Origin: Hydrolagus colliei
Lineage: Eukaryota
Direction: 5' to 3'
DNA length: 64,000 nt
Assembly: GCA_035084275.1 (NCBI GenBank)
Contig: CM068743.1
Span: forward strand, 105,276,001-105,340,000
Made by a program: the position numbers and the translations under genes. The notes below the pieces were generated by a model, which had not been told where the DNA came from, did not search any database, and saw nothing but the letters and a program-made list of their open reading frames with translations. Positions 62,345 to 64,000 of this stretch are shown here, in pieces. Within the stretch, counting starts at the first letter, position 1. Each line of letters begins with the position of its first letter.

Positions 62345-62649
62345 GGAGTCCTGTAGCTCAGTGGTTAGAGTATTCGCTTTACAAGCATGAGACCTATGTT
62401 CGAATCCAGGCAGGTCAGGGCGAAACCTTGGGCAAGTTTCCTTACTCCAAATGCCTAATAATAATCCCTAAAAAAAAGCAATAATAAAAAAATTGTTATT
62501 TCAATCCGAGACTGTTTGTGGGACACTGCTGTGCTCAATTAGCTGCCACATTTCGCCCAGAAATATACAGTCAATTCACTTTACAGTTTATTCTTGAAGT
62601 GCTTTGAGACGTCTAGAAGATGTGAAAAGCGCTATATCAAATGTAAGTA
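62345..62649 (+). mobile_element. Younger DeuSINE, full length; (ATT)n tail resumes at 63461
   Basis: A box tagctcagtgg 62354-62364, B box gttcgaatcc 62398-62407, Deu core and L2-like stem-loop. Confidence 0.95.
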
Positions 62650-63460
62650 CAGTAAAAGCTTGGTTATCTGGCACGCTCGGAACCTGACAATTGCAGATTA
62701 ATCAAATATGCCAGATATTTGAGTGGCAAATTGCCGAAAATCCTACACAGAAAAGTAACTTATTTTAAAACATGCCATATTAATAATAGACTAAATAATA
62801 AGGTCCGTCGATATGGAAATTTTCCGATATCGATATATCGGTGGGCTCATATCGATATATACCGATATATCAATATCTCCGGGGTTTTTTGTACTGCGCA
62901 TGCGCGCGCATTCGGGGGTGCGCGCACATTCCGCTGTACGCACGCATTCCGTGCTCTAGGCCCAGGAGGTTTGCAATGCCGGCGACAAGGTAAGTTGGAA
63001 GAGTTCGCATTATACCGATAATACCAATATATTGCCGAAAACGATATACCGGTATTTACGATATACCAATATATTTTTTGCTACCGAATTTTTAGATATA
63101 TCGATATATTTTAAATTCCGATATCGGCGTATCGATATGAAAAATTATATCGATATAACCATTATATCGATATATCGCCGGATACTACTAAATAATAACA
63201 AAATATTGTATGGATACTTACCAATAAAGCATTCCAGCACACTCAGTAAAATGATCGGTAAAATAAAAATTCCAGCATTTGTTAAGTTTAATAAGTGTGC
63301 AAGCACACGCATTGCATGCATTCACAAAGTGAGAATACTTGTGAGTGTCTCGGATGGCTCCAGTATGAGATCCGTTTGCTGGAATGATGAATTTTATTGG
63401 GAGATACTGGTTGGTTGAGCGTTCCAGTTGGTTGGGTGCCATATAAACAACCATTTACTG
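62650..63460. mobile_element. pogo/Tigger-type MITE inserted in the SINE tail
   Basis: TIRs cagtaaaagcttggttatctggcac and gtgccatataaacaaccatttactg; TA on both flanks; body is the reverse complement of 54198-54593. Confidence 0.92.
62799..63187. mobile_element. hAT MITE, 389 bp, related to the 60115-62113 element
   Basis: 8-bp TSD CTAAATAA at 62791-62798 and 63188-63195; imperfect TIRs taaggtccgtcgatat and atatcgccggatacta; shared internal sequence. Confidence 0.93.
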
Positions 63461-63490
63461 TATTATTATTATTACTGTATCATCGTTATC

Positions 63491-63736
63491 ATAGCTGAGT
63501 CCATTCTTGTGCTGCCCAAGCATATTTTCCAGCAAAGGTAACTAATGGCGATCAGAAGCAGGATCTATTCCTCGCTAATCCAGGAGTGTTGTGGTTAATT
63601 GAGGCTCTCCTAAAGCTACCCCAGGTGAAATCAGTTCACTCACTGTATTAGGAAATTTGAAATCTCTGACTTTCTGGTCTGTATTAGCAGTACTGCACTG
63701 GACAGTAGCTTTATCCACTAGGCCATTGAGGAAGCT
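63491..63736 (-). mobile_element. AmnSINE2-like SINE 5' part
   Basis: Minus strand agcttcctcaatggcctagtggataaagc...agtactgctaatacagaccagaaag...ctgatttcacctgggg...cttctgatcgccat...tgctggaaaa, collinear with the recalled AmnSINE2 consensus. Confidence 0.65.
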
Positions 63737-64000
63737 AGGGTCAGATTAATTTATTCAGTGTTTTGCTTTGCACGGGTGGTCTGTGAAAAATATATTTCAA
63801 TATCTCCTCCCTCCACCGCAATTCAATTTGTAACAAAAATGTCTTGGGCAGCTGGATTTTTTTTTAACATGCCCCAAGGCAGATACAATTTTATTTTAAT
63901 TTGTTCCACAGATCTCAGCTTTGCCTCTGGAACTGAAAACAACAGGGATTTCAAAACCATAAAACAAAATTATTTTTGACCCCTGCTTTCCCTTTTTGTT

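Noticed and set aside
62345-62420. tRNA gene (Val-like anticodon arm, A and B boxes)
   Set aside because: No proper acceptor stem, and it runs into the SINE body found many times in the window

Overview
Vertebrate non-coding DNA (intronic or intergenic), AT-rich, with two N gaps. No host protein-coding exon, rRNA, functional tRNA or CRISPR array can be supported, and nearly all long ORFs in the track are LINE fragments or low-complexity artefacts. The repeat content is L2 LINEs with (GTT)n tails, CR1 LINEs, two generations of tRNA-headed DeuSINE/SacSINE1-like SINEs, AmnSINE2-like and LF-SINE-like relics, and pogo/Tigger-type and hAT DNA elements. This mix suggests a cartilaginous fish, possibly a chimaera (inference). 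The best-resolved structure lies at 60-63.5 kb. It includes a 2-kb hAT element with a perfect 8-bp TSD, a decayed BED-finger transposase and a pre-miRNA-sized hairpin. Beside it, a related 389-bp hAT MITE carrying six TATCGATA (DRE) palindromes sits inside a Tigger-like MITE, which sits inside a SINE tail; the matching empty site is visible in a second copy at 54 kb. I found no convincing new gene system. Family names come from recalled consensus sequences and need a Dfam/Repbase check, and boundaries of decayed repeats are approximate.
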